From contig CAVXJS010000005.1 in the NCBI GenBank assembly GCA_963762145.1, positions 24,133 through 88,132 of the forward strand: a DNA stretch of 64,000 nt. Reading direction: 5' to 3'. Shown piece by piece: positions 20,620 through 31,064 of this stretch. The first letter of the stretch is position 1. Each line of letters opens with the position of its first letter. Both the position numbers and the translations under genes were made by a program. The notes under the pieces were generated by a model that searched no databases, was not told where the DNA came from, and saw nothing but the letters and a program-made list of their open reading frames with translations. The stretch is from an uncultured Candidatus Rokubacteria bacterium (GTDB lineage Bacteria > Methylomirabilota > Methylomirabilia > Rokubacteriales > CSP1-6).

Positions 20620-21528
20620 GTGGCCTCACGCGGCCGGGTCGCTCTCATCGCGCTGGGGGCGGGAGTTGGAGTCCTGGTGTTGTTCGTCGTCACGGTCTGG
20701 CTGATCCTGGCCGTGAGTGACGACGGCCTGCCCGGCGGCGCCAAGGTGGCCGTCGTGGAGGTCCAGGGCGTCATCGGGGTCGGCGCGGACCGGGGGCTCG
20801 ATACCGAGGCCATCATCCGCACGCTCGGGGAGTACCGTGACGACCCCGCGGTGCGCGCGGTGGTGCTGCGCATCGACAGCCCGGGCGGCGTGGTCGCGCC
20901 GACCCAGGAGATCTTCACCGCGGTGCGCCGGCTCCGGGAGGCCAAGAAGCCGGTGGTCGCCTCGCTGGGCTCGGTGGCCGCCTCCGGCGGCTACTACGTG
21001 GCGGTCTCCGCCGATCGCATCTTCGCGAGCCCCGGCACGCTCACCGGCTCGATCGGCGTCGTGATGCAGCTCGCCAACGTGGAGGGCCTGCTCAAGAAGG
21101 TCGGCGTGGAGTACGTGGTGGTCAAGGCGGGCGCCTACAAGGATGCGGGCAACTTCGCGCGCGCGATGACTCCGGAGGAGCGGCGGATCCTCCAGTCCCT
21201 CCTCGACGACGTCTACGACCAGTTCATCACCGCGGTCGCGGAAGGCCGCGGCCTCGAGGTCCGCACGGTGCGCGGGTTCGCGGAGGGACGGATCTACTCG
21301 GGTCGCCAGGCGCACGGGCTCAAGATGGTGGACGATCTGGGCGGGCTCGAGGACGCCATCGAGGCCGCCGCGAAGATGGCGGGCCTGCCGCCGAAGCCCA
21401 AGGTGCTCTACCCGCGGCGCCGCTTCTCGTTCCGCGAGCTGCTGCGCAATGAGTGGGGGCTGGGCCCGGTCTCGAGCATGCTGCCGGCGATGCAGACCCT
21501 CCGCACGCCGCTCTACCTGATGCCCTGA
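20620..21528 (+). CDS. sppA: Signal peptide peptidase SppA (S49, 36K type)
   Basis: RIDSPGG, AASGGYY, TGSIGV, GAYKD. Confidence 0.92.
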   Translation: MASRGRVALIALGAGVGVLVLFVVTVWLILAVSDDGLPGGAKVAVVEVQGVIGVGADRGLDTEAIIRTLGEYRDDPAVRAVVLRIDSPGGVVAPTQEIFTAVRRLREAKKPVVASLGSVAASGGYYVAVSADRIFASPGTLTGSIGVVMQLANVEGLLKKVGVEYVVVKAGAYKDAGNFARAMTPEERRILQSLLDDVYDQFITAVAEGRGLEVRTVRGFAEGRIYSGRQAHGLKMVDDLGGLEDAIEAAAKMAGLPPKPKVLYPRRRFSFRELLRNEWGLGPVSSMLPAMQTLRTPLYLMP

Positions 21529-21571
21529 TCCGCCACCTCCAGGCCGGATGCCCGCTAACTACCCAGGTTGC

Positions 21572-21601
21572 TTGACAAACTTTCGCCTGCCGTGATACGG
21601 T
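21572..21601 (+). promoter_or_regulatory. Putative sigma70 promoter for ihfB
   Basis: TTGACA, then extended -10 TGaTACGGT (18-bp spacer). Confidence 0.5.
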
Positions 21602-21648
21602 CTCGTCGTCGTTAAGCCTGTCCGCCGGCCCTCTAAAGGGAGTCGCCC

Positions 21649-21924
21649 ATGACGAAAGCGGAACTGATCGAGGAAGTGGCAAAGGTGGCGAGCTTGACCA
21701 AGAAGGAAACCGAGCTCATCGTCAACACTGTCTTCGACAACATCACGGACGCACTGGGCAAGGGAGACAAGGTCGAGCTGCGCGGCTTCGGCAGCTTCCG
21801 CATTCGTCACCGGAACTCCCGCAAGGGACGCAATCCGAAAACCGGTGACAGCGTCAGCGTGCCCGAGAAGCGGGTGCCTTTCTTCAAGGTCGGCAAGCGC
21901 CTCCGCGAGCTCGTCAACACGTAG
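21649..21924 (+). CDS. ihfB: Integration host factor beta / HU-family protein
   Basis: MTKAELI, ELRGFGSF, GRNPKTG, PFFKVGKRLRELVN; rpsA-sppA-ihfB synteny. Confidence 0.85.
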   Translation: MTKAELIEEVAKVASLTKKETELIVNTVFDNITDALGKGDKVELRGFGSFRIRHRNSRKGRNPKTGDSVSVPEKRVPFFKVGKRLRELVNT

Positions 21925-21929
21925 ACCGC

Positions 21930-22419
21930 GTGGAGCGGCTCTGGGCGCCCTGGCGGATGTCCTATGTGTCGACCGCCGGGGCCCCGGAGGCCGCGTGCGT
22001 CTTCTGCTCACTCCTGGCCGCCGGTGACGACCGCCGGTCCCTGATCCTCCGGCGCGGCCGGCTTGCCTTCCTGGTCCTGAATGCCTTCCCCTATGCGTCC
22101 GGTCACCTGATGGCCGTCGTCACCCGCCACGTCGGGCACGATCGAGACCGCCACCGCGGACGAGCTCGCCGAGGCCATGGCCCTCATCCAGACGGGCACG
22201 CGCGCCCTCGACGCCGCGTACCATCCCGACGGCTTCAACGTCGGCCTCAACCAGGGGCGCGTGGCGGGCGCGGGGGTGCTCGGGCACCTGCACGTTCATC
22301 TCGTGCCGCGCTGGAACGGCGACACCAACTTCATGCCGATCATCGGCGAGACGAAGGTGCTGCCCGAGTCCCTCGAGACCACGTACGATCGGCTGGCCGC
22401 CGCGCTCGCCTCCACGTGA
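21930..22419 (+). CDS. HIT-family hydrolase (frameshift ~22135)
   Basis: [47 protein letters not shown]. Confidence 0.85.
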
Positions 22420-25019
22420 GGGAAAGCCCCGCCGAGCTGACCCCGATGATGCGGCAGTACGGGGAGCTGAAGCGCCGCTTCCCGGACTACCTGCTGCTGT
22501 TCCGCCTGGGCGACTTCTACGAGCTCTTCTTCCAGGACGCCCAGACCGCCTCGCGCCTGCTCCAGCTCACGCTGACGTCCAGACAGAAGGGCGAGGGCGC
22601 GATCCCGATGGCGGGCATCCCCCATCACGCCGCCGACGGCTACATCGCGCGCCTCATCCGCGCGGGCCAGAAAGTGGCGGTGTGCGAGCAGCTCGAGGAG
22701 CCCGCCAAGGGCCGCAAGATCGTCCGCCGTGACGTCGTGCGCGTCATCACCCCGGGCACGATCACCGACACCCAGTTCCTGGACGGCGCGCGCAACAACT
22801 TTCTCCTCGCCGTGCACGCGACCGCGTCCGCGGTCGGGGTCGCGCTCGTGGATGTGTCCACCGGCGACTTCTGGGTGGGCGAGGAGCCGGGCGCGGGGGA
22901 GGGGCTCCTCGAGGCGGCGCTCCTGCGCCGCCCCGCCGAGCTGCTGCTCGCGCAGAGCTCCGACGCCGCGTGGGTCGCGCGGTGGGTGCCGGCCGGCGTT
23001 CCCGTCACGCGCGTGGACGGCGGGGCCTTCGGGGCCCGCGCGGCGCGCGAGATGCTCGAGTCGCACTTCCGGGGCGCCAGCCTCGACGCCCTCGGCGTGG
23101 GGTCGCTCACCGCCGGGCTGCAAGCCGCCGGCGCCGCCCTCGCGTACCTGCGCGAGACCCAGGGCGAGTCGCTGGCGCATCTCACGCGAATCCAGCGCCT
23201 GGTCACCGGCGAGGCGATGCTGCTCGACCCGACCGCGGTGGCCACCCTCGAGCTCTTCGAGACGGCTCAGGAGCGCACGACCCGGGGGTCGCTGTTTGCC
23301 ACGCTCGACGCCACCACCACCCCCATGGGCGCCCGCCTGCTCCGCCAGTGGATGCTTCGCCCGCTGCTCGACCGCGAGGCCATCTTCCGCCGCCAGGAGG
23401 CCGTCGCCGCCCTGGTGGACGCCCCGGCCCCCCGGGACGGGCTCCGGAGGCGCCTGGAGGGCGTGGGGGACCTGGAGCGCCTCACCAGCCGCGCCGCCCT
23501 CGGCGTCGCCCACGCCCGGGACCTCATCGCCCTGCGGGGCTTTCTGGGCCGCCTGCCGGGGCTCGCGGAGGCGCTCGGAGGCCTCGGCGGCGCCCTGCTG
23601 GGCACCCTCGCCGAGGAGATCACGCCGCTCCCCGACCTTCAGAAACTCCTTGAAGAGGCCCTCGAGGACGAGCCCCCGCTCGTCCTCAGGGAAGGCGGGC
23701 TGATCCGGGAGGGCTGGAACGCGGATCTGCGGGAGCTCAAGCAGGCGGCGCGAGAGGGCAAGGAGTGGATCGCCTCGCTCGAGCAGCGGGAGCGCGCGAG
23801 AACCGGCATCGCCTCCTTGAAGGTCCGGTTCAATCGCGTCTTCGGCTACGCGATCGAGGTGAGCAATGTCCACGGCGCCAAGGTCCCGGCCGACTACCTG
23901 CGCCGGCAGACCCTGGTCGGGGCCGAGCGCTACGTCACGGCCGAGCTGAAGGAGTACGAGAGCCGGGTCCTCGGCGCCGAGGAGCGCATCGGGCGGCTCG
24001 AGTTCGAGCTCTTCGGCCAGGTGCGCGCCGAGGTCGCGGCGGCGGCCGCGCCCCTGCTGCGCACGGCCCGCGCGGTCGGCGGTCTCGATGCGCTCGCGGC
24101 GCTGGCGGAGGTCGCGCACCAGCGCGGGTACGTGCGGCCCCAGGTGGACGACGGCTTCGCGCTCGCGATCGTCGACGGCCGCCATCCGGTGCTGGAGGCG
24201 GGCGGGACCCCGTTCACCCCGAACGACGTGACGCTCGATCCGGCGGGCGGCCAGATCATGATCCTCACCGGCCCGAACATGAGCGGCAAGAGCGTCTTCA
24301 TGCGGCAGGTCGCCCTGCTCGCCCTCATGGCCCAGATGGGCAGCTTCGTGCCGGCGCGGGAAGCCCGCGTCGGGCTGGTGGATCGCATCCTCACCCGGGT
24401 GGGCGCGCAGGACAACATGGCGCGGGGACAGAGCACGTTCCTGGTGGAGATGGTGGAGACGGCCAGCATCCTGCACCACGCCACCGAGCGAAGCCTCATC
24501 CTGCTGGATGAAGTCGGACGCGGCACCTCCACCTTCGACGGTCTCGCGATCGCGTGGGCGGTGACCGAGGAGCTGCACGAGCGCGGGCGGGGGGCGAAGG
24601 TGCTCTTCGCGACCCACTACCACGAGCTGACCGCGCTGGCCGAGCGGCTGCCGCGGGTGCACAATTTCCACGTGGCGGTCCGCGAGTGGAACGACGAGAT
24701 CATCTTCCTGCACAAGGTGCGGCCCGGGGGCACCGATCGCTCCTACGGCATCCAGGTGGCGCGGCTGGCCGGGTTGCCCCCCGTGGTGATCGCGCGGGCC
24801 AAGGCCATCCTGGGCGAGCTCGAGCGCGAGCGCGGCGGGCTGCAGGCCGCGGTGACGCCCGAGCCGCCCGCGACCGGCCCGGCGCAGCTCGGCCTCTTTC
24901 CGCCCGCCCACGATCCGCTCCTGCGGGAGCTGGCCGCGCTGGACCTGGGCGCGATGACCCCGCTCCAGGCCCTGAACCTCATCGCGGACTGGCAGCAGCG
25001 GCTGCGGGCGCGCCCGTGA
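22416..25019 (+). CDS. mutS: DNA mismatch repair protein MutS
   Basis: [50 protein letters not shown]. Confidence 0.97.
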   Translation: MRESPAELTPMMRQYGELKRRFPDYLLLFRLGDFYELFFQDAQTASRLLQLTLTSRQKGEGAIPMAGIPHHAADGYIARLIRAGQKVAVCEQLEEPAKGRKIVRRDVVRVITPGTITDTQFLDGARNNFLLAVHATASAVGVALVDVSTGDFWVGEEPGAGEGLLEAALLRRPAELLLAQSSDAAWVARWVPAGVPVTRVDGGAFGARAAREMLESHFRGASLDALGVGSLTAGLQAAGAALAYLRETQGESLAHLTRIQRLVTGEAMLLDPTAVATLELFETAQERTTRGSLFATLDATTTPMGARLLRQWMLRPLLDREAIFRRQEAVAALVDAPAPRDGLRRRLEGVGDLERLTSRAALGVAHARDLIALRGFLGRLPGLAEALGGLGGALLGTLAEEITPLPDLQKLLEEALEDEPPLVLREGGLIREGWNADLRELKQAAREGKEWIASLEQRERARTGIASLKVRFNRVFGYAIEVSNVHGAKVPADYLRRQTLVGAERYVTAELKEYESRVLGAEERIGRLEFELFGQVRAEVAAAAAPLLRTARAVGGLDALAALAEVAHQRGYVRPQVDDGFALAIVDGRHPVLEAGGTPFTPNDVTLDPAGGQIMILTGPNMSGKSVFMRQVALLALMAQMGSFVPAREARVGLVDRILTRVGAQDNMARGQSTFLVEMVETASILHHATERSLILLDEVGRGTSTFDGLAIAWAVTEELHERGRGAKVLFATHYHELTALAERLPRVHNFHVAVREWNDEIIFLHKVRPGGTDRSYGIQVARLAGLPPVVIARAKAILGELERERGGLQAAVTPEPPATGPAQLGLFPPAHDPLLRELAALDLGAMTPLQALNLIADWQQRLRARP

Positions 25020-26773
25020 GCGGCTCGCGGATCCGCCGGCTGCCCGATCACCTCGTCAACAAGATCGCGGCGGGCGAGGTGGTGGAGCGCCCCGCCTCGG
25101 TGGTGAAGGAGCTGGTCGAGAACGCGCTCGACGCGCTCTGCACCCAGGTGACGGTGGACCTGCGCGACGCCGGCCGCGCCCTGATCCGCGTGACCGACGA
25201 CGGCGTCGGCATGTCGAGCGACGAGGTGGACCTGGCCCTGCTGCGGCACGCGACGTCGAAGCTCGCAACCGACGCCGATCTCGACGCGATCACCACCCTG
25301 GGCTTCCGGGGCGAGGCGCTGCCCGCCATCTGCGCGGTCACCCGCTTCTCGGTGCTCTCGTGCCCGCGCGGCGCGGACATCGGCACCCTGGTGCGCGGGG
25401 AAGGCGGCACCGTCAACGAGAAGCTGCTCGTGCCCGCGCCCGCGGGCACCACGGTGGAGGCGCAGGATCTCTTCTTCAACACGCCCGCCCGGCTCAAGTT
25501 CATGAAGAGCGCGCCGAGCGAGGTGGCGGCGGCGCTGCGGCTGCTCGAGGCCATCGCGCTGGCGCACCAGGACGTCCACTTCCGCGTCTCGCACAACGGG
25601 CGGCCCGCCCTCGGCGCGCCGCGCGCGCGGAGCCTGCGCGATCGCGTCGGCGCCCTGTGGGGCTTCGAGCGCGCGGGCAAGCTGCTGGAGGTGGAGCGCA
25701 AGGACGGGCCCCTCGCGGTCTCGGGTCTGGTGGCGCCGCCCCAGCTCTCCCGCGGCAACCGCGACGAGATCGTGCTCATCGTCAACGGCCGCCCCGTGCG
25801 CGACACCCAGCTCGCCCAGACCCTCATCGAGGCCTATCGCCCGCTCCTGGCCCGGGACCAGTTCCCGGTTGCGGTGCTCCACCTCGAGCTGCCCCCGCAG
25901 GAAGTGGACGTCAACGTCCACCCGACCAAGGCCTGGGTCCGCTTCCGCTCTCCCCGCCAGGTCCAGGAGATCCTCTACCGCGCGGTGAAGGACGCGCTCC
26001 ATCAGAGCCAGGTCGTGCAGCCGCAACGCGGCCTCGCCTTGGCTGATGATCGCGCGTCAGGCGATACCACCGGAAGCTTCTCTATTGAAAGCGGGGGCCC
26101 AGAAATGGCCCCCGCACTCCCCCAGTCCGCGGACATTCCGTTGCCGGATGCTCAGACCCGACTCTTCCACGAGCCCCCGGCTCAGTTCACAACCGCCAAC
26201 TTCGGGAACGTCATCGGCCAGCTCCAGGACACGTTCATCGTGGCCGCAACCGACGACGAGATCTTCTTCCTGGACCAGCACGTGGCCCACGAGCGCGTGC
26301 TGTTCGAGCGGCTGCTGGCCGATCTGGACGCGGGGCCGCTGGCGTCCCAGGAGCTGCTCTTCCCGCAGCCGGTGGAGCTGGGCGCGGGGCAGGCGGCCCT
26401 GGTCCAGGAGTGGGCCGAGACGCTCGAGGGTCTGGGCTTCCGCCTCGAGGGCTGGAGCGGCGCGACCGTCGTGCTGCGCGCGGTGCCCGCACTGCTCCGG
26501 GGGCAGGAGCCGCGCCGGCTCATCGAAGCGCTCGTGGAGGACGTGGATCGCCCGCGCAAGGGCGAGCCCCAGCCGCTGCTGCACCGCGCGCTGTCCTTCG
26601 TGGCCTGCCACGCGGCCATCAAGGCCCACGCCCCGCTGCAGCGCGAGGAGATGGCGCGCCTCATCGCGGATCTGGCCGTCACGAAGACGCCGTACTTCTG
26701 CCCGCACGGCCGGCCCATCGTCAGCCGCCTGTCTTTGCGCGACATAAAACGGGAGCTGGGGCGCACGTGGTAG
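25016..26773 (+). CDS. mutL: DNA mismatch repair endonuclease MutL
   Basis: IAAGEVVERP, GFRGEAL, DVNVHPTK, DQHVAHER, ACH, CPHGRP. Confidence 0.97.
   Translation: MSGSRIRRLPDHLVNKIAAGEVVERPASVVKELVENALDALCTQVTVDLRDAGRALIRVTDDGVGMSSDEVDLALLRHATSKLATDADLDAITTLGFRGEALPAICAVTRFSVLSCPRGADIGTLVRGEGGTVNEKLLVPAPAGTTVEAQDLFFNTPARLKFMKSAPSEVAAALRLLEAIALAHQDVHFRVSHNGRPALGAPRARSLRDRVGALWGFERAGKLLEVERKDGPLAVSGLVAPPQLSRGNRDEIVLIVNGRPVRDTQLAQTLIEAYRPLLARDQFPVAVLHLELPPQEVDVNVHPTKAWVRFRSPRQVQEILYRAVKDALHQSQVVQPQRGLALADDRASGDTTGSFSIESGGPEMAPALPQSADIPLPDAQTRLFHEPPAQFTTANFGNVIGQLQDTFIVAATDDEIFFLDQHVAHERVLFERLLADLDAGPLASQELLFPQPVELGAGQAALVQEWAETLEGLGFRLEGWSGATVVLRAVPALLRGQEPRRLIEALVEDVDRPRKGEPQPLLHRALSFVACHAAIKAHAPLQREEMARLIADLAVTKTPYFCPHGRPIVSRLSLRDIKRELGRTW
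26081..26136 (-). repeat. REP-like palindromic element, copy 3, inside mutL coding sequence
   Basis: Reverse complement TGTCCGCGGACTGGGGGAGTGCGGGGGCCATTTCTGGGCCCCCGC..ATAGA matches copies 1 and 2. Confidence 0.85.
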
Positions 26774-26895
26774 GGCGGGGCCTGGTGTGAGTGCGGTTAC
26801 GCGACATAAAACGGGAGCTGGGGCGCACGTGGTAGGGCGGGGCCTGGTGCGACTGCGGTTACGCGACATAAAACGGGAGCTGGGGCGCACGTGGT
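26738..26895. repeat. 62-bp tandem repeat (2.5 copies) containing the mutL 3' end
   Basis: CGCGACATAAAACGGGAGCTGGGGCGCACGTGGT starts at 26738, 26800 and 26862. Confidence 0.92.
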
Positions 26896-27841
26896 GAGCC
26901 GGTCTCCGCTGCTGGTCCTGGTGGGCCCGACCGGGGTCGGCAAGACCGCGGTCGCGGTGCGCCTCGCGCGGCAGGTGGCCCTGGAGGTCATCGGCGCGGA
27001 CTCGCGCCAGGTCTACCGCGGCATGGACATCGGCACCGGCAAGCCCACCGCGGCGGAGCGCGCGGCGGCGCCGCATCATCTGGTCGACGTGGTGGATCCC
27101 TCCGAGCGCTACCACGCCGCCCGCTTCCGCGCCGACGCGCTCGCCGCCATCGCGGCGGTGCAGGGACGCGGGCACCTGGCGGTCGTGGTCGGCGGCACCG
27201 GCCTCTACGTGCGCGCGCTGCTCCGCGGCCTGACGGCCGCGCCGCCCGCCGATCCCGCCCTGCGGGCCACGCTCGAGTCCTTCGCGGTCGAGCAGGGAGC
27301 GCCCGCGCTCCACGCGCGGCTCGCCGCGGTGGCACCCGATGCCGCGCGCCGCCTGCATCCCAACGATCGGGTGCGCGTGATCCGCGCGCTCGAGGTCCAC
27401 GCGGGAGCCGGCGCGGGGGCGCGAGATACCGGAGACGGGGACTGGGCGGGGACCGATGGCGCCTGGCGCCTGGTCATGATCGGCCTCGGCCGCGCGCGCC
27501 CGGCGCTCGGGCAGGCCCTGGCCGAGCGCGCGCGGGACATGCTGGCCCGTGGCATGATGGACGAGGTCAGGCGTCTGCTCGAAGCCGGTCACGATCCCGC
27601 GCGGCCGCCGATGGACGGCATCGGCTACCGGCAGCTCGCGCAGGCGCTGCGGGGGCGGATGACCGTCGAGGAGGCGCTGCGGCTCATGATTCGCGATACC
27701 ACCCGCTACGCGAAGCGGCAGATGACGTGGTTCCAGCGCGAGCCGGAGATCCGCTGGCTGGACGTCGACGAGGCGGGCGGGGTGGAGGGCGCAGCCGAGG
27801 CAGTGCACAAGCACATCACCCGGGAGGGGCTGATCGAGTGA
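26894..27841 (+). CDS. miaA: tRNA dimethylallyltransferase
   Basis: GPTGVGKT, ADSRQVYRGMDIGTGKP, GGTGLY, YAKRQMTWF. Confidence 0.96.
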   Translation: MSRSPLLVLVGPTGVGKTAVAVRLARQVALEVIGADSRQVYRGMDIGTGKPTAAERAAAPHHLVDVVDPSERYHAARFRADALAAIAAVQGRGHLAVVVGGTGLYVRALLRGLTAAPPADPALRATLESFAVEQGAPALHARLAAVAPDAARRLHPNDRVRVIRALEVHAGAGAGARDTGDGDWAGTDGAWRLVMIGLGRARPALGQALAERARDMLARGMMDEVRRLLEAGHDPARPPMDGIGYRQLAQALRGRMTVEEALRLMIRDTTRYAKRQMTWFQREPEIRWLDVDEAGGVEGAAEAVHKHITREGLIE

Positions 27842-29088
27842 GGTCACGCGAGAAGGCGGTGCTGGCCGCCCTGCGGCTGCCGAGCCAGCCGCGGGTGATG
27901 GTGGAGGAGAGCCTCGACGAGCTCGGCCGCCTGGCGGAGTCGGCGGGCGCCCGCGTGGTGGGCCGGGCAACGCAGGACCGGCGCGCGCCGACCCCCGGCC
28001 TCTACTTCGGCAAGGGCAAGGTGGAGGAGATCAAGACGCTCTCCAAGCGCGAGGGCGCCGACCTGATGATCTCCGACGACTCGCTCTCGCCCATCCAGGA
28101 GCGCAACCTCGGCGGCTCGCTCGGCGTGCGGGTGATCGACCGCACCGCGCTCATCCTCGACATCTTCGCCCAGCGCGCCCGCACCATGGAGGGCAAGCTC
28201 CAGGTCGAGCTGGCCCAGCTCTCCTACCTGCTGCCGCGGCTGGTGGGGCAGTGGAAGCACCTGGAGCGGACCGGCGGCGGCATCGGCACCCGGGGGCCGG
28301 GCGAGACCCAGATCGAGTCCGACCGGCGCATGATCCGCCACCGCATCCAGAAGATCCGCGTCGAGCTGCAGCGCGTGCGCACGCATCGGCGCCTCCTCCG
28401 CGACCGGCGCAAGGCGGCGGACGTGCCGGTGGTGGCCCTCGTCGGCTACACCAACGCGGGCAAGACCACCCTGCTCAATCATCTGACCGGCGCCGACCGC
28501 CTCGCGGCCGACCAGCTCTTCGTCACCCTGGACCCGACCGCCCGGCTGGTGTCGAGCCCGACGCACGCCTCGTTCATCCTGACCGACACGGTCGGCTTCA
28601 TCCGCAAGCTGCCCACCCAGCTCGTGGCCGCGTTCAAGGCCACCCTCGAGGAGCTGACCGAGGCCGACGTGCTGGTGCACGTGGTGGACGCGAGCCATCC
28701 CGGCCTCGACGACCAGGTGCAGGCGGTCGAGGCGCTGCTCGGCGAGCTCGAGCTGATGGGGCGCCCCATGATCGTGGCCCTGAACAAGATGGACCGCCTC
28801 GAGCCGAGCGCAGCCCGGGCGCTGCTTGCCCGTTTCGACGGCGTCGCGCTCTCGGCCCGCACCGGCGAGGGCGTGGACGCCCTGCTCACGCGTCTCGACG
28901 AGGCCCTCCGACCCCGGGTGGCGCGGCTCACCCTCCGCATCCCGTACGCGGAGGGGCCCGCCCTGGCCGCGTGCTACGAGCGCGGACGCGTGCTCTCGCG
29001 CCGGGACGAGCCGGAAGGCATTCGGCTGGAGGTCGAGCTGCCCCGGCGGGTGCTGCCCTCGCTGGAGGGGTACCGGATCACCGGCTGA
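27838..29088 (+). CDS. hflX: GTPase HflX
   Basis: LILDIFAQRA, GIGTRGPGE, VGYTNAGKT, TDTVGFI, NKMD. Confidence 0.96.
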   Translation: MRSREKAVLAALRLPSQPRVMVEESLDELGRLAESAGARVVGRATQDRRAPTPGLYFGKGKVEEIKTLSKREGADLMISDDSLSPIQERNLGGSLGVRVIDRTALILDIFAQRARTMEGKLQVELAQLSYLLPRLVGQWKHLERTGGGIGTRGPGETQIESDRRMIRHRIQKIRVELQRVRTHRRLLRDRRKAADVPVVALVGYTNAGKTTLLNHLTGADRLAADQLFVTLDPTARLVSSPTHASFILTDTVGFIRKLPTQLVAAFKATLEELTEADVLVHVVDASHPGLDDQVQAVEALLGELELMGRPMIVALNKMDRLEPSAARALLARFDGVALSARTGEGVDALLTRLDEALRPRVARLTLRIPYAEGPALAACYERGRVLSRRDEPEGIRLEVELPRRVLPSLEGYRITG

Positions 29089-29094
29089 AAGCGG

Positions 29095-29103
29095 TGCTAC
29101 AAT
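29095..29103 (+). promoter_or_regulatory. Extended -10 promoter upstream of pgsA
   Basis: TGcTACAAT. Confidence 0.45.
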
Positions 29104-29131
29104 CGGGCTTCGGTCCTCGCGGACCGCTCCC

Positions 29132-29686
<555 letters not shown>

Positions 29687-29688
29687 CC

Positions 29689-31041
29689 ATGGCGCGGCGG
29701 CCGGACCTGATCGCGCAAAGGGGGACGGAGGGCGTGGTGGTGGCCGCGGTGACGCCGCGCACGCCCGCGGCCCGGGCCGGCCTGCGCCCCGGCGACCGCA
29801 TCCTCGCCATCAACGGCGCCGCCCTGCGCGACGTGATCGACTTCCATTTCCACGCGGGCGAGGAGCACCTGCGCCTCTCGCTCGAGCGGGAGGGCCAGGC
29901 GCGCACCGCGCGGCTTCGGCGCGACGCCGCCGGGCTCGGGCTTCAGCTCGAGGCCCCGCGTCCGGCCGAGATCGCCACCTGCGCGAACAAGTGCGTGTTC
30001 TGCTTCATCCACCAGCTTCCGAAGGGGATGCGCAAGAGCCTGTACGTGAAGGACGACGACTTCCGGCTGTCGTTCCTGCACGGCAACTACATCACGCTGA
30101 CGGATCTGGACGAGGCCGAGCTCGCGCGCATCGAGGCGCAGCGCCTCTCGCCGCTCTACGTCTCGGTGCACGCCACCGACCCCGATCTGCGTCACGCCCT
30201 CCTGGGCCGGCCGCGCGTGCGCCGGGAGCTGCTGCCGGTGATGGAGCGGCTCGCCAAGGCGGGCATCGCCATGCACGCCCAGATCGTCCTGTGCCCGGGG
30301 TGGAACGACGGCCCGCACCTCGACCGCACCGTGCACGAGCTGGCCCGGCTCCATCCCGCGGTGCCGACCACCGCGGTGGTGCCGGTCGGCCTCACCCGCC
30401 ACCGCGAGCGGCTCCCCGACCTGCGCACCGTGACGGTGGAGGAGGCGGGCGCGCTCGTGCGCGCGATCGAGGGCTGGCAGCGCGAGTTCCGCGACACGCT
30501 CGGCACCCGCTTCGTGTGGGCCGCCGACGAGCTCTACCTGCAGGCGGGGCTGCCGCTGCCTGCCGCGCGCGAGTACGAGGGGTTCGCGGTCGCCGAGGAC
30601 GGCATCGGCCTCGTCCGCCGCTTCGAGGATGCCTTCGCCCGCGCGGTGAGCCGCCGGCCCGCGCGGCTGGCGCGCCCCCGCCACGTGACGGTGGTCACCG
30701 GCGAGATGTTCGCGCCGCGGATGCGCGCGCTGCTCGATCGCGTCGTGGTGGACGGCCTCCACGTGGACCTCGTCCCGGTCGCCAACGAGTTCTTCGGGCG
30801 CGGCATCGGCGTGGCCGGGCTGCTCACCGGGCGCGACATCCAGATCCAGCTCGAGCAGGCGCGGGCGGCGGGCCGGGAGCTGGGCGATGCAGTGCTGGTC
30901 CCCGCGGTCGCGATCCGCGACGGGGCCGGTGTCTTCCTCGACGATCTGACGCCGGCCGACCTGGCCGCCGCGCTCGGCACGTCCGTCGTCACCGTCGAGC
31001 CGGACGCCCCGGCCCTCCTGGCCGCTCTCCTGGGCCGGTAG
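29689..31041 (+). CDS. PDZ + DUF512 putative Fe-S (radical-SAM-like) protein
   Basis: N-terminal PDZ (GLRPGDRI), CANKCVFCF, KDDDFRLSFLHGNYITLT, VAGLLTGRD; adjacent to der as usual. Confidence 0.85.
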   Translation: MARRPDLIAQRGTEGVVVAAVTPRTPAARAGLRPGDRILAINGAALRDVIDFHFHAGEEHLRLSLEREGQARTARLRRDAAGLGLQLEAPRPAEIATCANKCVFCFIHQLPKGMRKSLYVKDDDFRLSFLHGNYITLTDLDEAELARIEAQRLSPLYVSVHATDPDLRHALLGRPRVRRELLPVMERLAKAGIAMHAQIVLCPGWNDGPHLDRTVHELARLHPAVPTTAVVPVGLTRHRERLPDLRTVTVEEAGALVRAIEGWQREFRDTLGTRFVWAADELYLQAGLPLPAAREYEGFAVAEDGIGLVRRFEDAFARAVSRRPARLARPRHVTVVTGEMFAPRMRALLDRVVVDGLHVDLVPVANEFFGRGIGVAGLLTGRDIQIQLEQARAAGRELGDAVLVPAVAIRDGAGVFLDDLTPADLAAALGTSVVTVEPDAPALLAALLGR

Positions 31042-31064
31042 GGGCGGGCCCGCCGCCGCCGCAC

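Noticed and set aside
17950-24911. Very long antisense ORFs (e.g. 17950-20565, 22296-24911)
   Set aside because: Shadow frames of high-GC coding genes with no protein motifs
21930-25019. HIT-MutS fusion ORF (1029 aa)
   Set aside because: The HIT C-terminal half is in another frame with its own stop at 22419; indel near 22135
26738-26895. Mini-CRISPR array (34-bp repeat, 28-bp spacers)
   Set aside because: Spacers are nearly identical, the repeat is mutL coding sequence, and there are no cas genes
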